Notes under the pieces: model-generated
Database searches by the model: none
Seen by the model: only the letters and a program-made list of their open reading frames with translations
What the model was told of the DNA's origin: nothing
Assembly: GCF_006345805.1 (NCBI RefSeq)
Contig: NC_042999.1
Location: forward strand, 120,714,001 to 120,778,000
From: Octopus sinensis
Lineage: Eukaryota
Direction of reading: 5' to 3'
Length of the DNA stretch: 64,000 bases
Translations under genes and position numbers: made by a program
Shown here: positions 25,625 through 37,752 of the stretch, one piece after another
Layout of the letters: the number at the start of each line of letters is the position of its first letter
How positions within the stretch are numbered: the stretch's first letter is position 1

Positions 25625-27000
25625 AAATGGAAAGCAGATCCCTACTCAGGTAACACAACTTTACGGAGTGTTAATATCAAAAAAGGAATTTTCCAAGGTG
25701 ACGCCTTATCCGCTTTAATGTTTAACTTCATTCACTTTAGTATTAATAAAGGCATAGACAGAGTATTACTTCAGAAATAGTAAAGAAAAAATTAACCATC
25801 TGCTTTACATGGATGATCTGAAGTTTTTTATTGAGAATAATAGAGATAGAACTGTAAACCTATTCAGCAAAGATATAGGCAAGGAGTTTGGCATAGATAA
25901 ATGTGCAATGTTAGTCATGAAAAAAAGGACAGGTAGTCAACAGTGAAGGCATCCACTTACCATATGGCTAACCCTTAAATTCACTGAAAGAACAAAGACT
26001 TATCAGTATCCAGAAGTATTAGAATCTGACCGAGTACCAACTATAGAAGCGAAAATGAAAATTGAGAAGGAGTAACACAGAAGAGTGAGGAAGTTAAGGA
26101 AGTCAAAGTTAAATGATCCGAATCTAGTGAAGGCTGTGAATACTTGGGCAGTATCGTTACTTAGATACTCAGTAGCAGTAGCTTTTGTAGGTTGGACAAA
26201 ATCTGAATTAGCAAATCTAGATGGATGAACTAGGACGGAATTCAATATGAATGGAGGACTTCCCCCAAGAGTATCAGAGATAGCGGAAACAGGTATAAAA
26301 CTGTGTTTTATAAAAAAACAGCTAGAATACTTAGGAGGGTTCTGTACATCTAATATTACTTGTTGTAGGATGATGTTAGGATTTTTTCTCTTCTAACAGA
26401 GTAGATATAGCCCTCTATCTAATTAGTAGTGCGGCAATTTATTAAGAGCTACTTGTGTAACAGTGTGAGATAGGGAAACCAAAATACTAAATGTAGTTAA
26501 AAAACAGAAAAAAAGAAGCAAAATGTACAGACTGTTAAGAGAAGGCTTTGCATGATAAGTTTGCAAATATAGAGGCAGAACTAGTAATAGTCTGACAGGG
26601 TTGTGTTTGCAGAAAGGAAGGCTGAAAAATGAGACAGAAAGTTTATTAGTAGCAGCACAAGATCAGGCACTGTCGACCAACTGGATGAAAGCATGTAGAT
26701 TCTTAATGTCGGTTATCGAAATCAAAGGAGGAATCTGTTACTCATGTAGTTAGTGAATGTATTATGCTAGTACAGAAAGATTACAAGAAAATATATGACA
26801 ACTTAGGTAGAATAATCCACATTGTGTAGAAAGCTATAAGTGGTGTGAATAGGAATCTAGTAAAGTTCTAGAACGTAAGGAGTACAAAATGTTGTAAGAT
26901 ATTAACATTCAAACCGACAGAATGCCTAATTTAGTAGTAGTAGACAAAAATAATAGAAAGTGCCAGGTAATTGACTTTACATCCCAATTATAAATTATAA
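25625..27000 (+). mobile_element. R4/Dong-like LINE RT to RLE fragments, decayed
   Basis: VNIKKGIFQGDALS, HLLYMDDLK, EFGIDKCAML, VKAVNTWAVSLLRY, ETESLLVAAQDQAL, and NIQTDRMPNLVVVD. Confidence 0.85.
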
Positions 27001-27454
27001 AATGTGCAGGTAAAATCTATTTCTGTATTGTAACACATATCTCCTTATATTTGACGATGGAAGGCGAATGATGGTATGGCACTAAGCGTAGCATGGGATT
27101 GTTATAGTCGGGTCACTTTAGGCTTGAATAAGCCTGCTCAAATTGTATGCTATCACGAATAAAATATGTCTTCGCAGTAAAAGAAAATTCAAAACTCCTC
27201 ATATATTGCAAAAAAGACGTAATTCATAGTAAATTGCCCGTAGTGCGGATAACCAACATTCATGCATCACAGAGAGAAACCGGGGGGAGCAAGTTATATG
27301 AAACTGGAGCAATTTCCTACAAGATAACGGATCACGACGGCTTTCTGGACAAGATGTCTTTTTTCTGATCCTCCTGATCAACCATTACATTGGGGGTTTT
27401 TTTCAGAAAATTTTATTCAACAAAAACAATAGCAATATTTAACAAAAACATCTT

Positions 27455-27611
27455 TAAATGATGGTCTGCCAAGCACATGGAAAGCGGTTATTGAAGTAGA
27501 TGGTGAATATGCTCCGGAATAATCATTTAAAGATGTTTTTGCTACAAGTTGTTATAGTTTTTCTTGAATAAAACTTGTTGAAAAACCCGCAATAATTATG
27601 CACCAACTCAA
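27455..27611 (+). mobile_element. Mariner 3' end fragment
   Basis: LPSTWKAVIEVDGEY..stop, then the TIR-like CGCAATAATTATGCACCAACTCAA followed by TA. Confidence 0.72.
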
Positions 27612-27619
27612 TATATTAG

Positions 27620-28560
27620 CGTTGAATAAAGTTATATATGTGGAATCTGGTGGAGCACAAAGTCAGGCATATTTTCTAGTAATTGATGAAAAGGAGACAA
27701 ATATGTAAAAACTCTAATATGGTCTCGAGAAACAGAAATAAGAATTATCGTATATTGTGAATGTTGTGAGTAAATAGGTTGAAAAGTCACCAAGTACTCC
27801 GAAGTGAAAGGGGATATAGTAAGACTGTATGGAATGCGAGAGGATAATGCTAGCAAGCTAGCACGGTGACCTAGATATGAATACAGAATAATTAAACTCA
27901 AATGAAAGAGGCGAAAATCCACTTAGTGAAGTAATGAACTCACAAAAAGAGTAACACATTAAAGAGAGTAAGTTATCAAGAATCACATTGACATTAGGAA
28001 TAGGTGAAGCAAATACCAATGAGATAGACAATGACGAAATTCGAGAAGAAAATAATGAAAGACGTTGAAGCATAAAGCAATGTGAATACGCTTACGTAAG
28101 CGGCATGAACATGGATGAAAGAAAACCACCGATAACAAAAATAACAATAAAAACGAAACAAACTGCTGAGTTTGGTAAACGCTTCAATCAAGTATCTTCT
28201 ATACACAATAAAACCTAATATGTCTGAACTCAATAAACTGATCAATGTCTCAACTAAAGTAATTTCATCAAAATGCTTGATCAATAAATATGAGCGCCAG
28301 ATCTCTGCGTTGCAGGAATCCTAAATGCCAAGAATGATAGGAAAATAAATAGAACTAATGAAGTAAGTGATATCAATCTTGGAGGAACTTAACAAGGACA
28401 AGAATGTGAAAACGAGACGGCAAGGAAGCTAAAGCTAGATACATATGAAAAGAGACAAATGAAATACCGCTACTCGTAAAACAAGTCAAAAAGAAAATAT
28501 AGGTCAAAGGCCAGCGTGTGAGAAGTTGTCGCAATAGAAATAAATTTTACAGATATTCTA
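27620..28560 (+). mobile_element. R4/Dong-like LINE scraps (RLE piece, then N-terminal piece)
   Basis: 27755-27850 matches 25002-25100 (GAATGTTGTGAGTAAA.AGGTTGAAAA..CACCAAGTACTCCGAA). The downstream QISALQ segment resembles the R4 N-terminal region. Confidence 0.6.
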
Positions 28561-29152
28561 CAATAAATTTGAAGGAGATATCTAACCATCTTGCGGGTAG
28601 ATAGAGTTGGTACAAGAGACCAGCTACTGAGCAATTTGAGCAATTCTAGAGTAACAACTGCTGTGACAATCCCGCTCACTCAATCATCCTCTCTCTCTCT
28701 CTCTTCTTCTCTCTCTCCCTCCCACTTTCTCCTCTTTCTCTCCCTCTCTCTCTGTCTTTCTTTTGGTGCGTAGTAAATCTTCTTGTCGTAAACGTCAGAT
28801 GTGAGTTTGGCAAAAGACCATACTGAGCTGCTGGTTAGCGAAACAACCTAAACAGTTGATTTGTTTATACAGATTCAAATATGTCCTTTACAATAGCTCA
28901 CACTATCGATCAAATGGACATTGCCTGTACAACTGCAATGTGATTACCTTGATATCTTCAACTAGAAAGCTGGAATTTCAGATACACTATTTCTGCATTG
29001 CATTGAGTCAGCACACCAAGATTGGTAAACATTTGAGCAGGCGTTATGAACCCCGCCCCTACAATAAGTGATGTGTATATATTGAACAAAACCAACGGAA
29101 CCAAAATAGTCATCAAAATCAGACCTAGTAGTAATAATATTCGTGTTGTCGA

Positions 29153-29338
29153 GGTGAGCTGGCATAATCGTTATCACGCCGGAAACAAATTCTTAGTTTA
29201 AATTTGTCAGCGGTCGACTTTGCCTTTCAGTCTTTCGGGAGTCTATAAACCGTACCAATTGAGCACTGGCGTCGAAGTAATGAAATAGCCCCTTACCCTA
29301 ACATTGGTGGTTTTGTGCCAACACTGGAAACCAATATT
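29153..29338 (+). mobile_element. tRNA-derived SINE (same family as 120-285), internally deleted
   Basis: GGTGAGCTGGCATAATCGTTATCACGCCGG...GGTCGACTTTGCCTTTCA...CCAATTGAGCACTGG. Confidence 0.8.
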
Positions 29339-29979
29339 AGTGACATAGCTAGATAAGTAACTTTGATTAAATATGTGTACAATACTAGTCAGGAAGAGGG
29401 TTCGAAAAAATTGAACTTTGGGAGTAACGATATCAAATAATAGTCTCATGAGATCATTCAATGAAATGCATACGAGTGAAAAAGAATGCTGAAATGATGG
29501 AAAAGGTAATAAAACTGACTTCAGTCTACTTAACTGGTCCAATTGCTGCTTATGTACAGCCACACAGACTTATTACCTGGGATAGTTTCCGACTACACAT
29601 ATACACATGTTTAAACCGTTCTGCACGCACACTGTTACACCGTCTTCTGGTTCAAGCTAACCCAAAGATATGTAAACTAGGTCACCGTCGAAGAACGGCT
29701 TTTAGGAGTGCGTCCAAGAAATTCTAGCGTCTCTTATGTCTACTACATATATATTTAATTAATTGAGGTTGTTGCGTAAAAATTCTTATTCCCACTGCGA
29801 GGATCTTTTGCGTGTTTTCTTGGATGAACAACATCCGCACCACTATTTTGACTCCTGACCAATTCTTGTAAGTGGTTGATCTCAAGTTACTGATTACACC
29901 ATACATCTTCAGGATTTATATTTATCTCAGATGGGACATTGATCAAAGTCAGCGTAGTTACCCACTTTTGCTTAAAGTA

Positions 29980-30652
29980 CGAGGTAGTATTACAATGTTC
30001 CAGGACCAGCTCTGTAGCCCACTAAAAGATGGTAGCGCACGGCTGCGTACGCCATGAGAACTGGCTGTGACCTTCATGAGGCAGTGTACTGAGTAACATT
30101 GATGTGCTTCATTCGTATGTTGTGAAATTTATGTTTTCTGATCACATGTACGATGTAGTCGGTAATTTTGCCAAACTGTTAATAAATAGTTCTACTTCGA
30201 CGTTTTAAAGTGTTTGGAGGACAACATTCGGCAAAAGCGGTCGGATTTGTGGAGTGCAAAAAAGTGGATTTTTCACGACGACAATAAACCCTGTAACCGA
30301 GCTCTCCTCACGTCTATGTTTCTCGCCAAAAACAACACGGTATTGCTTCCGCATCCACCCAATTCGCCAGATTTAGCACCTGCGGACTTCCATAACATCA
30401 CCAAAATAAAAATGCAGCTCAAATGACACCGTTTTAACACTGTTGTCGAGATCCAGAGCAAGTCGCAGAAGGTTCTCGACTTGCTTACAGAAAACGACTT
30501 CCATGGCGGTTTCCAACAATGGGAAGAACGTTAGGATCAATGTATTGCTTCGTTGTGGCGTTTGTATTTCGAAAGAGATGATGCTAAAACATAGGTAAAT
30601 AAGTTATTTCTTATTAAACATAAGTAGTCCAGGACCTTCTGACACTACCTCG
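29980..30652 (+). mobile_element. Internally deleted mariner element with both TIRs and TA TSD
   Basis: TA|CGAGGTAGTATTACAATGTTCCAGGAC ... GTCCAGGACCTTCTGACACTACCTCG|TA. The catalytic C-half reads WIFHDDNKPC...LLPHPPNSPDLAPADF (YSPDL-like). Confidence 0.85.
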
Positions 30653-33600
30653 TACATCATTAATAAATGCTTTTCAGAAGAAAATGGATGTGTTGATATT
30701 TAAATCACTATCTCATATCCCGTCGGCCTCTTCACGTGGCATACGAAAACATCTTTTTTATTGTAAATATTGATAGTGAAGATAGTGTTGACATAAGTTC
30801 TAAGGATGTTGCTTTTATTGGTGGCGGAAGAAATGGTGGACACAATCTCGCTGGTGGTGTTCTTAAAAACATTTGTAACCTTCATGTAAACAGGAGACAA
30901 CTATTACCGTCTGTGCACATCTAATTTAGTTCTTGCTTGTAAGTGGAGTTATTTTAAAGTCGGTATAGCTGTCGAACAAAAGTCTTCAAAACAAATTAGC
31001 AAACTACGTTTGAATATTTGGTACAGATAGCGTAAGAGAGAGAATAGAAACTATAGTTTGCTTTTCTGGATATGTAGTCCTCATTACAGTAAATATGTAA
31101 AATCAGTTGAGAGCTATAGATACTACAAAAGAATAGTATTGGACATTATATTTTCTTTTGTAGACTACAGTAAAGTTATAAGATTCCGAGATCACCATGT
31201 CCTCCACAAAAAATATTTTTAACCAAGCCTAACTATGTCTCTGTGTATATATTATTATTTTGTTTATGTTATACGTAATTATAGAAACCTATAAATTCTT
31301 GATTGAAACTATATTCACAAAACTACTACTTTAGAAACTTGGCATTTATTCAGAAATCAGAAATTGATTAACTTTTTCAAAACTCTGACACTTTCTTAGG
31401 TAATATATCAGTCGACGTTGTTGATAGTAGGAAGAAGATTGAAAAAGAAAAAAAAGAAAAAACTACAATCGTGATATATGTTATCAAGTAAGCGAGGGTT
31501 ATAGAGTAGATGTAAGTCAAAACCAAACTGATGAGCGATCCGAATTTTATTCTCAGTTGTAACTATTTATGTTGCTAGTAAACATGGAAAAGGTTTAAAC
31601 GACATGGCTCCAATATATCAGCTTACTAAATAATTTACTGACAGCTTGGCGTAGGAATGAGTGGGGACTTCATTGTATTCTCCCTGAGGATACAATGAAG
31701 ATACTATTAAATTATCTTATAAGATAGTATGAAATCATCTGTAAAAGTTGTACATTAATATATACAACTTAGTGTACAGCTAGTGGATCCGATGGACGAG
31801 GAAGAATTTCAGCCTGTACAATTTCAGTTTGTTCAATACTTTTCCGATATCAAACTCCGAGCGAGTTTATTTTTACAACTAACTAATATCTGAGTATTGA
31901 ATCAATTATGTAAGTTCATGAATATGAAAGGCAGCCTTTTTGTCTAATAAACTGTAGCAATATAAATCGTCGTGCATAGTAAAATTTATAGAGTAGACGT
32001 AAACTTTGATAAAGAATGTACGACTCCGATACAATTTTAGTTTCGTGCGATTTCATATGAAATACATAATGCCTCAGAAAAAGTTTACATGCTCTTATTT
32101 TTCTATTTCTGAATCTCACATAATCTTTTATAAAAATCAGTAACATTTTGCTGGTATGTTGTCGTCTAATTTCTTTCTCTCATTCTTTGTTTCAAATTCC
32201 AAACGAAAAGTTTACAAACAATACAAACATACCGTTATGTATTTTGATGCATTGTGGTAAACTGGCATAGATCTCCTACAACATCAGTGAAATATATTTG
32301 TCAGAAACATATAATGTGAAAGAGCGATGATTAATAGAATTGACATCTGAGTTTGACTTTCATTGCAACAATATGCATTTGTGTCATTCTAGCAAAGTAA
32401 AGGATATTAAAACATATTTATTATTGATATTGATATGTTCAACAGTGGCAGAAAGTAAAACACTACTTGCAAATGTCAAAGTTGGTCAATGGATCGGCTT
32501 GATTTGACATAAAATCACTTTTGAAAATATGTAATTACTTGGTCGTGTGCTGTTACAGATATAATTTGTTATTATTAATTCGATATTAGAAGTATGCAGA
32601 GTTGACGGCTGACGATATGTAACAGTAGAAATATATTACAGTATTTAATCTCACACGTTATTTCAATCTCATATTTAGCTGTGATGTACTTTTCGATTTT
32701 CTTTCTCTAGAGTGAGTAAAAAGCATAATTACTAGATTTATCCTGTTATATAATCACCTGCACCCACTTCCATTTGAAAATTTACTTTGGGACTGAACGG
32801 AGTTATAGCTGTTTCATTTGAAATGTAGCAAAGTCTCCATAGCGTTGTAGAGCCAACTTAGAACCATAATATTTTAAGCATTTAGGTTCTATATTCCAAT
32901 TCCACCGATTTCGATTTAATCTTAATACCCTTTAATAAAAAAGTCCGAAATAAGCATGCCGTGATAACAAAAGAAATTCTTATTAATTTGTTATGGAAAG
33001 CACTGTAAAACACCAGTAAATCTGTGGTGAGAATTGTTCTTAATTCATGCTTGAAACTAACGTCTTCATTTAAGCTGCTTGACATGCGAAGTTATTACCA
33101 CTATTGTATTCATATATTAAAGGCACATAACCTTAGCTAATAAGTATATTTGTTAAACGTAAGGGAAACATTTTCTGTTCCCCATTCTTAATTGTTTCGT
33201 ACATAAATTCCAGAATATATGGAGGGTTTTCACTAATCCAATCACTATAAAATCGGTATTTAATATACTGCTATAAACTGGAGGTTTCCAAGTAATTAAT
33301 ATGGTTCGTAATGACATCAGCTATAGTACTGAAACGCTCGCTGAAACAGTATAGCAGTTTTATTTCACTGATCTAATGCTGCTTATGATATTTATGTATT
33401 GAGAGTGTTACTCAACGAGAGTTATGGATAAATACAAAGTACTGGTACAACTCACATGACAAGTAAAATTAACCTCTATTTGATTAGCTCAAGTTTTTCA
33501 AGTTCGTAGCATACATACTTAATGTGAAATAAATGACAAGATCAAGTTGAAATACCAGTCAACCTGGTCTTATCAATGAATTTCACACTACCGCAGTATA

Positions 33601-35239
33601 GTGTTCCCTCATCAGTGAATATATCCTATAGATATTCTTAAAATTGCTTTAAAGTAATAAACTTATTGATAACTTTTACAAGTAGATGACATACGATATT
33701 TTCTCAAATTGATATCAAACTTGTTCTGTAATAATTCTGAAGGTTTTCCTACGGTGAAAATTGTTGTAACGAAATTGTGAAAATCTAGCAGTATATATAC
33801 ATGATATTTTCTTTCAAGAATCCATCGTTATGGTCATGTAAGAAATCTATTTAGCAAAGTAAGTAACAGTATGTATTGCTTTAGATAACTTAGGAACATA
33901 CTTTCTTGACACAACATAACGTGTATAAATCATGTATAAATCCTTGAATATTATTAAATCTCTAGCACTACACTATCTTTTATCGCAATACTTGATTAGT
34001 AAGTTCTACTTGAGTGCATCTTATATTTTCTAGTCTAACATATTGTTGTGTAGACGACACATAACGAATGATCTAACTTGTATGTTTGACATTACTTTCT
34101 TCTGAAGACCGTCTCTTTAAAACAACTGGAATTACTAACATAGACATGAATCGTTATGTTAAAATGTTTGCACAGCGCAATTACTAAACTAAACATTTCA
34201 GAGAAATGAAAAATCGGCTTCACAAGGAAATTTGCCAAAAATTTATAAAAACATACTATTTATTAGAAAATTACTTTGATTAGAGAATAAATAACACGGA
34301 GACAGCATCTGCAGGAAAAATAATTTATGTAATGGAGCTAACTGGAAATTATTCTCTATATTAAACATATTAACACTAACCTAATCATTACATTTCATGC
34401 AAAGGCGTCTCTGAGATATTCATTTCTCAAACATTTCTCTAAACATTTAGGAATTATGTCATTTGGAATCTTATTCGACATTATACAGCAACTTGAATAA
34501 TGACCACCACCAATTCCACTTCTGCAAAGACAAACCCACTGGAAACAAACTCTTTTTGTACACTGAATATCAGGCTCTCGCTTTAGGGAAGGTCGGTAAG
34601 ATTAATGTCGTTCCTAGAGACATCAGCTTTCAACCGTGTCTGGCATGTAGGTTTGCTATCAGAATTTCTAGTTTCCTTTCATCTCTCATCTCTCGTCTTT
34701 TGAACCAGTAATTTCCTGTCACTTACACCTTAATTGCTGAACAAGATTTGAAGCGCTTTCTACTTCACTCAGTATACACTTCTGTTTCTAGGAATAGGTT
34801 TTCTCCAATCTCATCGTTCTGTATGTCAATGAACTAATTTCTACCACGTTCAGCAACATCCATTTTATGCAGGTCACATCTTTTCATTCTCCCTTATATC
34901 TTTTCAACCATGTACCATCTACACACTAAACTTATACCTATGTCGATTACATAAACAGAAACCTTGAAAGCATATATCACTGGGAATACGTCATTTCATT
35001 CAACTGTAAAATATTAAAAGAAATAATCATATAAAATACCATAAGTCCTCTAAGCAAGTTAGCACTCAGCTGTCGTCTTTCCGGCGGTCCCAAATGCTGG
35101 GATTCTCTATTACCGAGGATCTCTGGTACCAAACGTACACCCTTAGTACATGATTGGCACCACATGTCAAATAGTTGTCCCTCTTCTCAGGACCAGAATT
35201 TGGTGAAGCTTTAAAATGTTCAACTGGTACCTTGAAAGG

Positions 35240-35410
35240 AGTACTGATCCCACAAGCGGCTGCTGTTAAATATTGTGATATCCTGGAATGCATCCAGAGA
35301 AAGGCCAGAGCACCACAATGCTTTTGGTGGGCAGAAAATGTTAAACCTACTGCGACTTCCTCCGGAAGTAAAATATATTTAAGGTGAGGTCTATGCTCAG
35401 AAATTGATGT
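35240..35410 (+). mobile_element. Possible CR1/L2-type LINE C-terminal relic
   Basis: DILECIQRKA resembles the CR1-type LERVQRRATK motif, followed by a frameshifted LNLLRLP..YLR*GL. The match is short. Confidence 0.3.
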
Positions 35411-37596
35411 CAAAATGAAATTGATATAAAAATAATAGGACCAGTAATTGTCCCTGTAATTACCAAAATATCCTGAATATTTTTAGTTCTCGATTATTAT
35501 TATTTTCTTCTCTACACATTTATTTTTAGATACCACTTTTAATTTTCAAAGTAATATATATACAAATGATTTATCATTTCATATACTAAATCTATATATT
35601 AAGTATTTTTGACTTTATCTGATTTAATGAGTTTCGTAAATATTTCTTACAAATTATTGCTAGTTGGAAATTAAAGTTATTAATGTTGAATTTCATGCCC
35701 ACTGTTACATTAACATATATATATTTTCCTTCTTTAACATATATATATTTTCCTTTTCATGTAAAATTGTTGGTTGTTGTTGCTGATGGAATTAGATATT
35801 TTTGTTCGGTTTGAATAGAACTATTGTATTGGAGTAGTCGTTATTTTTAATGGCCTAGTCAGGAGAGTAGCTACGTCCATCACCCTTTCCAGGACATCCA
35901 TGGCTGAAAGTATGAAGAAAGGAAGTTATCCTGTACCATAAACGTGTCCCAAATGTCTGCAAGAAAATGAAGTTTGCTAAAGATATCCGACTGTAAAGTA
36001 GCGTTGTTAATTCAGTGCTACCTATGTTGAATCGGAACAATCCCTTTAAGGAGATTCTTCGTGATACTTGTCCATCAAGTTCTCTTCATAATGCTTTAGC
36101 CGACCCAATCTTATGTCATAAGACACATGCTAATGCTGCTGTGGATTAAGTCCTAAGTCACTTATTGAGGAAGTTAGTCTCTGAACCACACAGCCTTTCA
36201 GTACAGATACATAAATGATCATATTAATGCATCTTAGCATTATGTAACCACTGTGATAACTAAGTTGTAAGATTACACCCCAATTGTGGCGTATTACATT
36301 TCCTTAAACTAATAATATTGCTTAACACTGTAACACAAGTAATGCGTACAACACTACACTGAAATAGACTCAGTCGCATACGCTAAATTTGAAGTAGTAT
36401 CTTAGGACATCTTCAAAGTAACTTTCAAAGAGGGACGTGAAAAGAGGAGCAATTAAAATTGTGATAAATACTATTGGAATAATACATTTAACTGTTTACA
36501 CTCTACAAAATATCTTGCTTTAAAATGGTACGTACCTAAACGTCAACGTCTAGTGCGTCTCAGTATTTCATAATATTATATATATATTTTATTATATAAA
36601 AAGTATTTTAATATGATTTCTACGAATATATTTTGATCTGATGAGACAGAATCTTCCAGCTATAAAAAACAAAAAAACTCATACATATACGGAAAATCTG
36701 GTGTTTTTCAAAGAAACAAGATGTCACTTTAACGAAATTCAGTGATGTTTTAGTTAGCTGTATGAGATTTGTTGGCAGCTTATAATCAGATAAAAAGAGT
36801 CAAATATTTTCCACTTCGCTATACTTCTTGTTCAATATTTTGCCTATATCAAATAACTCCAGATTTATGAAGCATTTAAATACTTTCTGACATTTTTCGT
36901 TATGGTGTTTCATTCATTTATACTGACAAAATGACTTGCTTTGATTTACTTTTCTTTAATTTCCTTCAAAATCATGCAGAATGACCACTTCATTGTGTTG
37001 CTTGTCTTTATCAGCCAATTTTACATTTGTTAGAATTCTGATTAAGGATTCAAAGGAAACATTTCAGTTAAGCGTAATTGCATTTACCTTTAAGAGACAC
37101 GTGTACTTTCTTGTAAGATATGAAAATCGCTAACTGTATATAGGGGAGTCATTGGCATATAAAATTTTAGACACTGTAAAGATTACCCAGACAATATTAT
37201 TATTTGGATTTGTTCGATAATTGATGGGTAAAATTACTGTGCTGAGGGGAATATGAATTTGTTTTGCATGGTTATTAGATTTTAGATCCAAAATCACAAT
37301 TGGAAACGTCTTATGTTTGTGAAGATTAAACGAAAACGCTGAAACACTAGAAAAAAAATCAACCCCGTACTCATTTTTAAAGTCTGCTCCTTATTTTATG
37401 TTTCTCTTTTGCAGAAACGCTTAGCTATGGAGACGTACACAAACCAATATTGGTTATCAAACGGTGGGGGTGCATAAACAAACTTACCTACGCACACACA
37501 CACATACACACAAACGCACACGCACGCACACACGCGCGCGCGCATACGCATAAGCACACACACACACACATATATAGTTAGAAAGATAGAGAGAGA

Positions 37597-37752
37597 TACG
37601 ATGGGCTTCCAGACATTTTTCCGTCTTCCATATCCTCTCAACTGGCATTGGTCAACCAAGAGTTATAATAAAAGACACTTGCACAAGATAACATGCAGTG
37701 GGACTGGATCCGAAAAAACGTGGCTGCAAAGCGGGCATTTTAAACACACAGC
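37597..37752 (-). mobile_element. tRNA-derived SINE (second family) with (TG/TA)n tail
   Basis: The reverse strand reads GCTGTGTGTTTAAAATGCCC...GGATCCAGTCCCACTGCATG..TCTTGTGCAAGTGTCTTTTA...GGAAGCCCATCGTA and runs into a CA/TG microsatellite (37490-37576). Confidence 0.72.

Noticed and set aside
32750-32930. Possible minus-strand exons (GSTTLWRLCYISNETAITPFSPKV; RNRWNWNIEPKCLKYYGSKL)
   Set aside because: Weak splice sites, and the length is within chance expectation.
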